Virus record (IMG/VR): IMGVR_UViG_3300011977_000415
Coordinates: 41,365 to 105,364 of that record
Length of the DNA stretch: 64,000 nucleotides
Source of the DNA: a virus
Lineage: Duplodnaviria; Caudoviricetes
Strand: one strand, 5' to 3'
Shown: positions 19,225 through 28,221 of the stretch, piece by piece
Position numbering within the stretch: position 1 is the first letter of the stretch
How the letters are laid out: the number at the start of each line of letters is the position of its first letter
The notes under the pieces: model-generated
What the model was told of the DNA's origin: nothing
The model's database searches: none
Seen by the model: only the letters and a program-made list of their open reading frames with translations
Made by a program: the position numbers and the translations under genes

Positions 19225-20189
19225 ACGAATTACAAAAAACCAATGGTGGCGCAATGATGCAGACCACCACCACAACAAGCCCGGCTTTCAATTTCTTTGA
19301 CCCGGTGCAGTTTGACACCATGCAACGTGTGTGCAGTTTCTTTGCATCGTCCGACCTTGTGCCGGACAATTACAAGGCACAATTGAAGCCATTACCCGCC
19401 GGGGCTGATGAAAACACCATCGCCGCAATCAAGGCGGAAAACACCGCAATCAAAACAAAGGCGGTTGCTAATTGCATGATTGCAGTTGAAGTGGCATCGC
19501 GCATCGGCGCAAGCCCATTGATGGTGATGCAAAACATGGCGGTGATTTATGGTCGCCCATCTTGGTCGTCCAAGTTCTTAATCGCCACCGTCAATTCGTG
19601 CGGTCGCTTTGAACCGCTTCAATTCCGGTTTATCGACAAGGGCGCGTTGGGCATGGTGGATTACACGGATTACATATATAACCCGCAAACACGCCGAAAG
19701 GATGCCATAACAAAGCAATTCGATGGCAAGAAGATTCACGACATCGAATGTGTGGCATACACCACGAAGCGTGGTTCGGATGGCGTGTTGGAATCATCCC
19801 CGGTGTCGGTTCGCCTTGCCGTTCAAGAGGGTTGGTACACCAAGAACGGAAGCAAGTGGCAAACAATGACAAAGCAAATGTTGATGTACCGCGCCGCGTC
19901 CATGTGGACGAACGCTTATGCCCCGGAACTTTCGATGGGTATGCGTACCGTTGAGGAACAACAGGACATTTACACCGAATATGAGGATGTAACCGCCGAA
20001 GTTGCCGCCGAAAAGGAAAACAACGCAAACAAGAAGCGCATTTCCCTTGACATGGGCAACGGCAAAACACAAGTTGTGGACACGGAAACAGGCGAAATTC
20101 AGCCCGAAAAACCCGCGGCAAAGGAAACGCCCGACAACGCGCCGAAAGCCCCGGAAAAGGCAAATAACACCCCAAATCCGGGATTCTAA
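19221..20189 (+). CDS. RecT-like single-strand annealing protein
   Basis: ANCMIAVEVASRIGASPLMVMQN..GRPSWSS, SKWQTM..QMLMYRAAS; position beside an exonuclease-like MBL gene. Confidence 0.7.
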   Translation: MNELQKTNGGAMMQTTTTTSPAFNFFDPVQFDTMQRVCSFFASSDLVPDNYKAQLKPLPAGADENTIAAIKAENTAIKTKAVANCMIAVEVASRIGASPLMVMQNMAVIYGRPSWSSKFLIATVNSCGRFEPLQFRFIDKGALGMVDYTDYIYNPQTRRKDAITKQFDGKKIHDIECVAYTTKRGSDGVLESSPVSVRLAVQEGWYTKNGSKWQTMTKQMLMYRAASMWTNAYAPELSMGMRTVEEQQDIYTEYEDVTAEVAAEKENNANKKRISLDMGNGKTQVVDTETGEIQPEKPAAKETPDNAPKAPEKANNTPNPGF

Positions 20190-20208
20190 CAATTAAACCG
20201 AAAGGCAA

Positions 20209-20949
20209 ATGGAATTGAAAGTATTGGGTTCAAGCAGCAAGGGCAATTGTTACTTGCTTGACAACGGCAATGAAGCATTGATGATTGAATGCGGCATCGC
20301 GTTCAAGAACGTGCAAAAGGCGGTGGATTTTGACATCAACCGCATTGCCGGGTGCATCATTTCACACGAACATGGCGACCATGCAAAGCATGTGGGCAAA
20401 TGCCTTGATGCGCGAATCCCGTGTTACATGTCCGCCGGGACACGAAACGCCCTTGGGTTGGCATCGCATCCGTTGGCACACGCGATGGATGAACAGGTGT
20501 TGAACGTTATCGGCAATTTCGGCGTGATGCCGTTTGCCACCCAACACGATGCCGCCGACCCGTTCGGGTTCTTAATCTATCACCCGGAATGTGGAATGAC
20601 ATTGTTTGCGACTGACACATATTATTTGGCATACACATTCGCCGGATTGAACAACGTCATGATTGAATGCAATTATCGTCTTGACATCCTGGAGGCAAAC
20701 ATTGAATCCGGAAAGTTGAACCCGGCATTGAGAAACCGAACAATCAAGTCACACATGTCTTTCGACACATGCAAGGAAACGTTGCTTGCCAACGACTTGT
20801 CAAAGGTCAACAACATCGTTTTGATTCACCTTTCATCCGGCAATGCCTATGCCGCCGCATTCCGTGACGGCATACAGAAAGCGACACATAAGAATGTTCA
20901 TGTTGCCGAACCGGGGTTGGAAATTCTATTTAATAAAACACCATTCTAA
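20209..20949 (+). CDS. MBL-fold metallohydrolase (YycJ-like exonuclease)
   Basis: LGSSSKGN, SHEHGDH, ATDT, IECNY, HLS. Confidence 0.85.
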   Translation: MELKVLGSSSKGNCYLLDNGNEALMIECGIAFKNVQKAVDFDINRIAGCIISHEHGDHAKHVGKCLDARIPCYMSAGTRNALGLASHPLAHAMDEQVLNVIGNFGVMPFATQHDAADPFGFLIYHPECGMTLFATDTYYLAYTFAGLNNVMIECNYRLDILEANIESGKLNPALRNRTIKSHMSFDTCKETLLANDLSKVNNIVLIHLSSGNAYAAAFRDGIQKATHKNVHVAEPGLEILFNKTPF

Positions 20950-20960
20950 AAAAGAAAAAA

Positions 20961-21494
20961 ATGAAAAAGATTGAAGTTTTCAAAAAAGAGAATCCGAACG
21001 AAGTCATTGCAGTATGCAACGACCTTTCGGAAGCAAGTGAAACCATCATCAACGAATGCCAGGATGATGACGATTTGACGGTGTTCGACTTTGACACCCG
21101 CGAAGTGGAAGAAAAAGAACCCGCCGAGATTTGCCCGGATTTTGCGTCATCATGCAAATACCTTGGCATATCCGATGAATTTGCCTTTGATTGCGCCGAT
21201 GAACATGTCAAGGCAATGCAGTCACTTTACATGCTTGTTATCATCGCCCAGGCTTGGAACAAGATTGACAACTTCGTTCCGGACTATTCGAACCGCGACC
21301 AATGGAAATATTTTCCTTGGTTTATCTATGACAAAGGACATGCGGGGTTCGTTTTTGCGGGTACGTATAGTGCGCCATCGGCTACGCATGCGTCTTTCGG
21401 GTCGCGGCTTTGCTTTAAATCGTCAAATCGCGCTCGCCAATTCGGTGAAATGTTCACCGAATTATACAACGACTTTCTTTTGCTGAACAAATAA
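20961..21494 (+). CDS. Remote DGR target protein (target 2)
   Basis: Contains VR2, which differs from the TR only at TR adenines; ends ...GSRLCF like target 1. Confidence 0.85.
   Translation: MKKIEVFKKENPNEVIAVCNDLSEASETIINECQDDDDLTVFDFDTREVEEKEPAEICPDFASSCKYLGISDEFAFDCADEHVKAMQSLYMLVIIAQAWNKIDNFVPDYSNRDQWKYFPWFIYDKGHAGFVFAGTYSAPSATHASFGSRLCFKSSNRARQFGEMFTELYNDFLLLNK
21339..21417 (+). repeat. DGR variable repeat VR2 including IMH
   Basis: Over 21339-21407 there are 14 mismatches to TR 56681-56749, all at TR adenines; 3' TTTCGGGTCGCGGCTTTGCTTTA is identical to VR1. Confidence 0.92.
21439..21463 (+). other. Perfect hairpin/cruciform downstream of VR2
   Basis: AATTCGGTGAA-ATG-TTCACCGAATT (11-bp stem, 3-nt loop) inside coding sequence. 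Confidence 0.75.
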
Positions 21495-21505
21495 AATATT
21501 TCATC

Positions 21506-21955
21506 ATGGACAAAACACTTGGAAAGGACATCGCGAATCTTGTCGCACGCGAAGCGTTCTTGAAAGACAATTGCGACAAAGTTGAAGAAAAGGGTTATAT
21601 GAAGCCCTATTCGCCGGAAGAATTGCAAGGACACAAAGAGAAACTTGCCAATGTTTCGATTGAGATTGCCGAAATCGAAGCCGAAAAGAAACAAGTTGAA
21701 GCCGACTTCAAGGGACGTTTGAAACCCTTGAAAGAAGCCCGTGCAAACATGGTTTCCAACATCAAGGCAAAGGCGGAATACGTTACCGAACCATGTTATC
21801 GTTTTACCGACCGCGAAGAAAAACAAACGGGTTATTACAACGCCAACGGCGATTTGGTGGAATTGCGCCCGGCAACCGCCGAAGAATTACAACCGACCCT
21901 TTTCATGACCCCGAATTTTATCAATAACCCCGCCAAGGATGGCACAAATGATTAA
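21506..21955 (+). CDS. Hypothetical phage protein (coiled coil)
   Basis: Packed ORF in the early operon with phage-typical codon usage. Confidence 0.7.
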   Translation: MDKTLGKDIANLVAREAFLKDNCDKVEEKGYMKPYSPEELQGHKEKLANVSIEIAEIEAEKKQVEADFKGRLKPLKEARANMVSNIKAKAEYVTEPCYRFTDREEKQTGYYNANGDLVELRPATAEELQPTLFMTPNFINNPAKDGTND

Positions 21956-21961
21956 AGCATT

Positions 21962-22690
21962 ATGAACAACGAAAAAATGATTTTCAACATTGCACCCGGA
22001 ATGAACGAAGTTGTCATCCGCGAGGGTGCAGCACCCAAAGTTCTTGACCCCAAAGCCCCGGTCAAGATGAACGTGAACGGCACAATCAACGCCCCGTTTG
22101 AATACCTATCAAAGCGCATTGATTGCATCAAACAAAAGGAATGCCACATCATCGTGAACCGCGAAAAAATAACCATTCAACTTGTGGTGAACGAATCGGA
22201 CGAATACACCCGTGGCACAATTGCCGGAACATTGCAGTATCATCCCAAGTTTGAAGAATTTGGCATCAATGCGGGCAAGGTATGGTCGCCGTTCGATTTC
22301 GCGATGTTTTGCAAGATGAACCGGGCGTTCTTTGCTGATAAAAACGCGAACATGAGCCTTGTTTCGGCGTGCAAGAATTTCACCGCAAAGGTGAATAACC
22401 AAATTGAACGTGCAATACAGGAAAACGGCAACCGCACGGACAATTTCGCCCAAGTGGTCAATTCTAACTTGCCCGAACAATTCACCCTTTCCATTCCAAT
22501 TTTCAAGGGTGGCAAAAAGGAAGATTTGGTTGTGGAAACATTTGCCAAGATTGACGGTCGCAATGTTGCGTTTGTCTTGTTGTCGCCGGGCGCGGAAGAA
22601 ACGCTTGAAGATTTGCGCGACAAGGCAATTGATGAACAGTTGAACGCAATCAAGGCAATTGCCCCGGATATTGCAATATTTGAAGTTTAA
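21962..22690 (+). CDS. Hypothetical phage protein
   Basis: Packed ORF in the early operon. Confidence 0.7.
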   Translation: MNNEKMIFNIAPGMNEVVIREGAAPKVLDPKAPVKMNVNGTINAPFEYLSKRIDCIKQKECHIIVNREKITIQLVVNESDEYTRGTIAGTLQYHPKFEEFGINAGKVWSPFDFAMFCKMNRAFFADKNANMSLVSACKNFTAKVNNQIERAIQENGNRTDNFAQVVNSNLPEQFTLSIPIFKGGKKEDLVVETFAKIDGRNVAFVLLSPGAEETLEDLRDKAIDEQLNAIKAIAPDIAIFEV

Positions 22691-22743
22691 CCCCAAAGCC
22701 CGCCACCTTGCACGCGCCGGGTGGTGGGCATAACATCGCAACA

Positions 22744-23517
22744 ATGGAAGATTTGAAAACAAGATTGGATGCCCTTGTACAACAATACAACGTGCCGCAA
22801 TTCGTGGGCAATGACCCGGTACAATTTCCCCGGATGTTTACCGCATTCCGTGATATTGAAATTGCCGCGTTCCTTGCATCCACAATAGCATGGGGCAACC
22901 GGAAGCAGATATTGAAAGGATGCCACAAGATGTTATTCGGCATCATGCACGGCAAACCATTTGAATATGTGATGAACGGCGAATGCGAATGCCTCAATCC
23001 GGACATCAACATCCACCGCACGTTCTTTGGGCGTGATTTGCAATATATGTGCCGCGGCTTGAAATGGGTGTACACTATGCACGGAACAATGGAAGATGTG
23101 TTCGCGTGTGAACTTGACCCGTGGAACGGCATTTCGTTTTTCAATGCGCTTATGGCGGACGGAAACGATGGCAGCACCAACAAGCATTTGTCCGACCCCG
23201 GACGCAAGACCAAAAGCCACAAGGGAAAATCGGCGTGCAAACGTATGCACTTGATGTTGCGTTGGCTTGTTCGCAAGGATGGCAATGTTGATTTGGGTGT
23301 GTGGCGAAGAATCCCCGAAAATCGGCTTATGATACCCTTGGATGTCCATGTTGGGCGTGTCGCCCGTGAATTGGGCTTGTTAGAGCGCAAACAGGATGAC
23401 CGGATGGCGGTTGAATTATTAACCGATAAATTACGCGAATATGACATCAACGACCCAATCCGTTACGATTTCGCATTGTTCGGGTATGGTGAACAACAAA
23501 AACATCAACGAGCATGA
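22744..23517 (+). CDS. TIGR02757/DUF2400-family protein (HhH glycosylase-like)
   Basis: NDPVQFP..DIEIAAFLASTIAWGNRKQI, SACKRMHLMLRWLVR..VDLGVW, IPLDVHV, DPIRYDFALFG. Confidence 0.85.
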   Translation: MEDLKTRLDALVQQYNVPQFVGNDPVQFPRMFTAFRDIEIAAFLASTIAWGNRKQILKGCHKMLFGIMHGKPFEYVMNGECECLNPDINIHRTFFGRDLQYMCRGLKWVYTMHGTMEDVFACELDPWNGISFFNALMADGNDGSTNKHLSDPGRKTKSHKGKSACKRMHLMLRWLVRKDGNVDLGVWRRIPENRLMIPLDVHVGRVARELGLLERKQDDRMAVELLTDKLREYDINDPIRYDFALFGYGEQQKHQRA

Positions 23518-24254
23518 AAGAAACATTCTATTTCGCACACGATTACAACGCGCGCAACGACCCAAAATTGCAAAACGTGTTGTTCGACCTTGGCGTTGAG
23601 GGAATCGGCGTATTTTGGTGTATTATTGAACAATTGTATGAACAGGGTGGCAAGTTGCCGTTGCATTACTGCAAAAGCATTGCATTTGCATTGCACGTGG
23701 ATTTTTGCATGGTTGAACACCTTGTGAATGATTACGGATTATTCAAGAATGACGGGCAAAACATGTGGTCGGAATCGGTTTTGAACCGATTGAACCGCCG
23801 AACCGAAGTTTCCGAAAAACGCAAGTTGGCGGCGTTGGCAAGGTGGCGGCAAGGCATTGAAAATCAAAGTCAAACGCAAGCCCCGGCAAGTTGTAGGCAA
23901 GTTAGTGAAAATGCAAGTGTTATGCAAATGCAATGCAAAACCGATGCAAATGCAGAACATAAAGGAAAGGAAATAAAAGAAAAGGAAATAATAAAAGAAA
24001 GAGAGAAAGAAAAAACCGCACGGCGGTTTATCCCGCCCACGGTTGAAGAAGTCAAAGCGCGCATTGATGAAATGGGTTACACGTTCGATGCCGAAGCGTT
24101 CATTGCATTCTATCAATCAAACGGGTGGATGGTCGGAAAGTCCAAAATGAAAGATTGGCGGGCGGCAATGGTAACATGGCAGAAACGCGAACCACGATTC
24201 CCGCGCGGCGGCAAGTCAAGTTCAACATCTAAAAAGGCAAACGAAGAATGGTAA
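23514..24254 (+). CDS. Replication initiator (DUF4373/Lin1244-like N-terminus)
   Basis: YFAHDYNARNDPKL..GIGVFWCIIEQL; C-terminal FIPPTVEEV..FIAFYQSNGWMVGKSKMKDWRAA. Confidence 0.8.
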   Translation: MKETFYFAHDYNARNDPKLQNVLFDLGVEGIGVFWCIIEQLYEQGGKLPLHYCKSIAFALHVDFCMVEHLVNDYGLFKNDGQNMWSESVLNRLNRRTEVSEKRKLAALARWRQGIENQSQTQAPASCRQVSENASVMQMQCKTDANAEHKGKEIKEKEIIKEREKEKTARRFIPPTVEEVKARIDEMGYTFDAEAFIAFYQSNGWMVGKSKMKDWRAAMVTWQKREPRFPRGGKSSSTSKKANEEW

Positions 24255-24997
24255 ACGAAGAAAAGAAACCCCAAATGCCAACGGTGGAAGCGGTTTTGAA
24301 TGCAATCCGGCAACGCGGAATGTTTTCGGGATTCCAACGTTACGAATACACCAAGCCGGGATGGTACGACATCAACAATGCCTTGAAGATTGTTGAAGCC
24401 ATCGGCAAATCACGAAACCCGGCATTCGTGATTGATGATGAAAACCGTTTCACATACGAAAATTTCATCAAGTGGGCGCACGGCGACCGAACATTTCAAG
24501 CCCTTGACCCGGTAACACGAAAGGCAATTCCCGGACGCATGAACCGCGGCATCTACATTGCCGGAAATACGGGAACGGGCAAAACGTGGTGCATGGAAAT
24601 CATGCAAGCATACATCCAAGCAATCGGATTCCGGATTTTGTGGCAAGATGACACCGAACCACGCCCGTTGTGGTGGCGTACAATCCGCGCCGATGGCTTG
24701 TGTGATGTGTGGACGGAAACCGGAAATGTAACGGCATACAAAAACGCGCCGATGCTTTGCATCCAAGACCTTGGCAACGAACCACAAGAAGCGTTGTACA
24801 TGGGCAACCGCCTTGACGTGGCACGTTACATCATCGAATATCGCGGCGATGCCCACGCCGAACTTACATTCATCACGTCCAATTTGCGCATGGGCGGCGA
24901 CATCCTCAAAGAACGATATGGCGACCGCGTGGCAAGCAGATTGATGGAAATGTGCAATTATTTTGAAATCAAAGGCAAAGACCGCCGAAAAATTTGA
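24248..24997 (+). CDS. DnaC/IstB-like helicase loader ATPase
   Basis: GNTGTGKT, LCIQDLGNE, TFITSN..RYGDRVASRL. Confidence 0.85.
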   Translation: MVNEEKKPQMPTVEAVLNAIRQRGMFSGFQRYEYTKPGWYDINNALKIVEAIGKSRNPAFVIDDENRFTYENFIKWAHGDRTFQALDPVTRKAIPGRMNRGIYIAGNTGTGKTWCMEIMQAYIQAIGFRILWQDDTEPRPLWWRTIRADGLCDVWTETGNVTAYKNAPMLCIQDLGNEPQEALYMGNRLDVARYIIEYRGDAHAELTFITSNLRMGGDILKERYGDRVASRLMEMCNYFEIKGKDRRKI

Positions 24998-25027
24998 TTG
25001 GTATTTACTAACTAACAAAACGATATT

Positions 25028-25804
25028 ATGAATGAAATCATCCAATCAAGCGTGTACACCACGCAAAAGGGAACGCCCGTAACCGATTCGGTAAAGGTGG
25101 CGCGGGTGTTCGATAAGATGCACAAGAATGTTATGAAGTCAATTCGCAACATCTTGGGGTCGGCTCAAAATTTAGCCAACCAAAATTGGTTTTACGAAAC
25201 CACATACACGGATGCCCAAGGCAAGCGGCAACCCATGTTCTTGATGAACCGGGACGGTTTTTCATTGCTTACCATGTCATTGACCGGGGAAAAGGCAATG
25301 GCGTTCAAGGTGGCATTCATCGAACAGTTCAACCGGATGGAACAGGCAATCAAGGATATTGCCCCGGCGACCCCGGCAATTCCGCAAACATTCGCGCAAG
25401 CGTTGCGCCTTGCAGCGGAACAGGCGGAAACAATCGAAGCGCAACAAAAGCAACTTGAAGAACAAGCCCCCAAGGTGGCATTCGCAACCGCCATCATCAA
25501 TTCGCCATCATCGTGCGGCATTGATGAACTTGCAAAATTGTTGAAGCAAAACGGCGTGGACATGGGCGAAATCCGGCTTTTTCAATGGTTGCGTGATAAT
25601 GATTACTTGTGCAGCGTTGGCACGGCACGAAACCAACCAACGCAAAAAGCCCTTGACATGGGGTTGTTTGAACTCAAACCGCAAACGTGGACGAATCCCT
25701 GGACGGATGAAGTGATGACAACCACCCGCACAATGGTAACGGGCAAGGGCAAACAATATTTCATCAATAAATTCATTTACCAACAGGAAAGGAAAAGCCA
25801 ATGA
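25028..25804 (+). CDS. Rha-family regulator with ANT/KilAC antirepressor C-terminus
   Basis: TDSVKVARVFDKMHKNVMKSI..MNRDGFSLL (Rha); PKVAFA..LAKLLKQNG..LFQWLR..VTGKGKQYF (ANT). Confidence 0.85.
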   Translation: MNEIIQSSVYTTQKGTPVTDSVKVARVFDKMHKNVMKSIRNILGSAQNLANQNWFYETTYTDAQGKRQPMFLMNRDGFSLLTMSLTGEKAMAFKVAFIEQFNRMEQAIKDIAPATPAIPQTFAQALRLAAEQAETIEAQQKQLEEQAPKVAFATAIINSPSSCGIDELAKLLKQNGVDMGEIRLFQWLRDNDYLCSVGTARNQPTQKALDMGLFELKPQTWTNPWTDEVMTTTRTMVTGKGKQYFINKFIYQQERKSQ

Positions 25805-26394
25805 GGATTTATGTTTCGGGCAAGATTTCGGGCTTGCCGTATGAAGATGTAAAAACCCGTTTCGATGATTGCCAAGCATTGCTTGAATCCATCGGGTTTG
25901 AAGTGATTAACCCCATCACGATGGGATTGCGTCAAGAAGCCACATGGGAACAACACATGGTCAAGGACATTGAATTGCTTTTGTCGTGTGATGCAATCTA
26001 TATGATGGACAATTGGACGGAAAGCACCGGGGCGGGTATTGAATACGACATCGCCTTTCGGTTGGGCAAGGATATATGGTTTGAATCATCGTTTGCCCGC
26101 GACAACCGGAATGTGATGCGCATTCAAAACGCCATCCACGAAGTGATGGGATTGAAGTTTTCGGATTACATCGGCAAATCGCGCAAGCGTGATGGGTTTT
26201 ATGCCCGGATGATATTCGTGCATCATTGCCGGGCGTTAAAAATGAAACTGACCAAAATTGCCCAATACGTCCACCGCGACCATTCATCAATGTTGCACAT
26301 CTTGAAAAAGTACGGCGATGATATGCGGTTCAATCCGCAATTCCGTGATATAGCAACAAAAGTAAATGATATATTGAATAAAACAAACGAATAA
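25801..26394 (+). CDS. DUF4406 domain fused to a DnaA domain-IV-like DNA-binding domain
   Basis: IYVSGKISG..NP..CDAIYMMDNWTESTGAGIE (DUF4406); GKSRKR..ARMIF..LTKIAQYVHRDHSSMLH resembles the DnaA C-terminal RDHTTV motif. Confidence 0.75.
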   Translation: MRIYVSGKISGLPYEDVKTRFDDCQALLESIGFEVINPITMGLRQEATWEQHMVKDIELLLSCDAIYMMDNWTESTGAGIEYDIAFRLGKDIWFESSFARDNRNVMRIQNAIHEVMGLKFSDYIGKSRKRDGFYARMIFVHHCRALKMKLTKIAQYVHRDHSSMLHILKKYGDDMRFNPQFRDIATKVNDILNKTNE

Positions 26395-27455
26395 TGCACA
26401 AATTTGATTACCGTTGGACGTTGAAAGATGCCAACTTCACCAAAGACAAAGGAACGGTCTTTTCTTGCTTTTCTTGTGGGGGGGGGTCGTCAATGGGCTA
26501 TAAATTAGCGGGTTACGATGTTATAGGTTGCAACGAGATTGACCACCGAATGATGTACACCTATTGTCAAAACAACAATCCAAAGTTCCCATTCCTTGAA
26601 CCAATACAAACTTTCAAGGATAGAACGGATTTGCCGCCCGAATTGTTCAACCTTGACATCTTGGACGGTTCGCCCCCTTGTTCATCATTTTCGGTTGCCG
26701 GGAATCGTGAAGCTGATTGGGGAAAGATGAAACATTTTCGTGAGGGTCAGGCGGAACAAGTGTTGGATACGTTGTTTTTCGACTTCATCGAACTTGCAAA
26801 AAAGTTGCAACCGAAAGTTGTTGTGGCGGAAAATGTGAAAGGTTTGTTGCTTGGTGAAGCGAAAGACTATGTAAGGCGAATTTATGATGGTTTCGACGAT
26901 GCCGGGTATTATTGCCAACATTGGTTGCTAAATGCTCAAAATATGGGTGTACCACAAAGGCGTGAACGCGTGTTCTTTGTATGCTTGCGAAAAGACCTTG
27001 CCGAACCATTCTTGGAACGAGTGTCATTGTTTGAAGAATTACCGAGATTGAAGATGGTGTTTAATGAAAGACCAATACTTTTCAAAGAATTTGCAGACTA
27101 TAAAGGCACGGAGATAAAAGGTGGTAAATTACGCCATTATTGGGAAAACAGGATTCCTGATGACGACGGTATGGGGGACACGACCAAAAGATTGTATGGT
27201 GTCGAAAAGTGCTTCAATCACCGATACGATAAAGAAGATATGGTTTGCCATACATTGACCGCCAAAGATGCGTGTTTTTGTTATAATCAACCGCGTAGGC
27301 ATTCAGTCGGCGAAGTTTGTTGCATTTCATCGTTTCCACAAGATTACAACTTTGGCGGTCAATCACCACATTACGTTTGCGGAATGTCAGTTCCACCCGT
27401 TATGATGGCGCAACTGGCGAATCAAATTTGGGAACAATGGTTGTCAAAAATTTAG
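26394..27455 (+). CDS. C5 DNA cytosine methyltransferase (orphan)
   Basis: FSCGGG (motif I), GSPPC (IV), ENVKG (VI), QRRERVFF (VIII), GMSVPP (X). Confidence 0.9.
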   Translation: MHKFDYRWTLKDANFTKDKGTVFSCFSCGGGSSMGYKLAGYDVIGCNEIDHRMMYTYCQNNNPKFPFLEPIQTFKDRTDLPPELFNLDILDGSPPCSSFSVAGNREADWGKMKHFREGQAEQVLDTLFFDFIELAKKLQPKVVVAENVKGLLLGEAKDYVRRIYDGFDDAGYYCQHWLLNAQNMGVPQRRERVFFVCLRKDLAEPFLERVSLFEELPRLKMVFNERPILFKEFADYKGTEIKGGKLRHYWENRIPDDDGMGDTTKRLYGVEKCFNHRYDKEDMVCHTLTAKDACFCYNQPRRHSVGEVCCISSFPQDYNFGGQSPHYVCGMSVPPVMMAQLANQIWEQWLSKI

Positions 27456-27484
27456 AAATAAATATAACATAAATTTTTCAAGAA

Positions 27485-28018
27485 ATGAATTTTAATGAAT
27501 TAGCAGATAAAGCACATTCCAACGCCGTGAATCACGGATTTTGGGACGAAAAGTGGAGCAATGAACATTGCTTGATGCTTGTTATCACCGAAATTGGCGA
27601 AATGGTCGAAGCGCACCGCAAGGGACACCGTGCCGATATTGATGCGTTCGTGAAGTATAATGAACGAATTGCGTTCGATGAAAACTTTGAAAGACACGTC
27701 AAAGATACCGTCGAAGATGAATTTGCAGACATTGCCATTCGTCTTTTCGACCTTGCCGGGGCTTTGGGCGTGGATTTCGACAAGATGAATCCTTGCCGTT
27801 ACCACCGAGCATTCGACAAGTTCGACTTTGCCGAAAACGCATTTGCCTTGTCCAAGGGCTTGTGCCGGGATGGCATCGGAATTGAAAAGCGCATCCAATT
27901 CGGTTTGGATTTCGTTACCAAATGGGCGCAAGAACTGAATATCGAATTGGCGTTTTTCGTTGCGCAAAAGATGCGATACAACGTGATGCGCCCATACAGG
28001 AACGGCAAACAATATTGA
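27485..28018 (+). CDS. MazG-like all-alpha nucleotide pyrophosphohydrolase
   Basis: LVITEIGEMVEA..VEDEFADIAIRLFD..KMRYN. Confidence 0.65.
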   Translation: MNFNELADKAHSNAVNHGFWDEKWSNEHCLMLVITEIGEMVEAHRKGHRADIDAFVKYNERIAFDENFERHVKDTVEDEFADIAIRLFDLAGALGVDFDKMNPCRYHRAFDKFDFAENAFALSKGLCRDGIGIEKRIQFGLDFVTKWAQELNIELAFFVAQKMRYNVMRPYRNGKQY

Positions 28019-28022
28019 TGCC

Positions 28023-28202
28023 ATGCGTTTCATTGTGATAACCGAAAACCCCTTGACCGGGGAACGAACAACGGTTGAAACAAAGGATTATGAAGCCTTG
28101 CGCATCGACCGCGCCGAAATCGTTGCAATCGTGGATAAGACCGCGCAACAAGTAACGTATGATGGCGAAACATGGAATGATTTTGAAAAAGTTTATTTTT
28201 AA
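28023..28202 (+). CDS. Small hypothetical protein (59 aa, not in the ORF track)
   Basis: MRFIVITENPLTGERTTVETKDYEALRIDRAEIVAIVDKTAQQVTYDGETWNDFEKVYF* exactly fills the intergenic gap. Confidence 0.6.
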   Translation: MRFIVITENPLTGERTTVETKDYEALRIDRAEIVAIVDKTAQQVTYDGETWNDFEKVYF

Positions 28203-28221
28203 CCCTTAAAATTAAATTGTT

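Noticed and set aside
21339-21417. VR2 as chance similarity or a simple duplication of VR1
   Set aside because: All differences from the TR up to the IMH are at adenines and differ from those in VR1; the flanking protein sequences are unrelated
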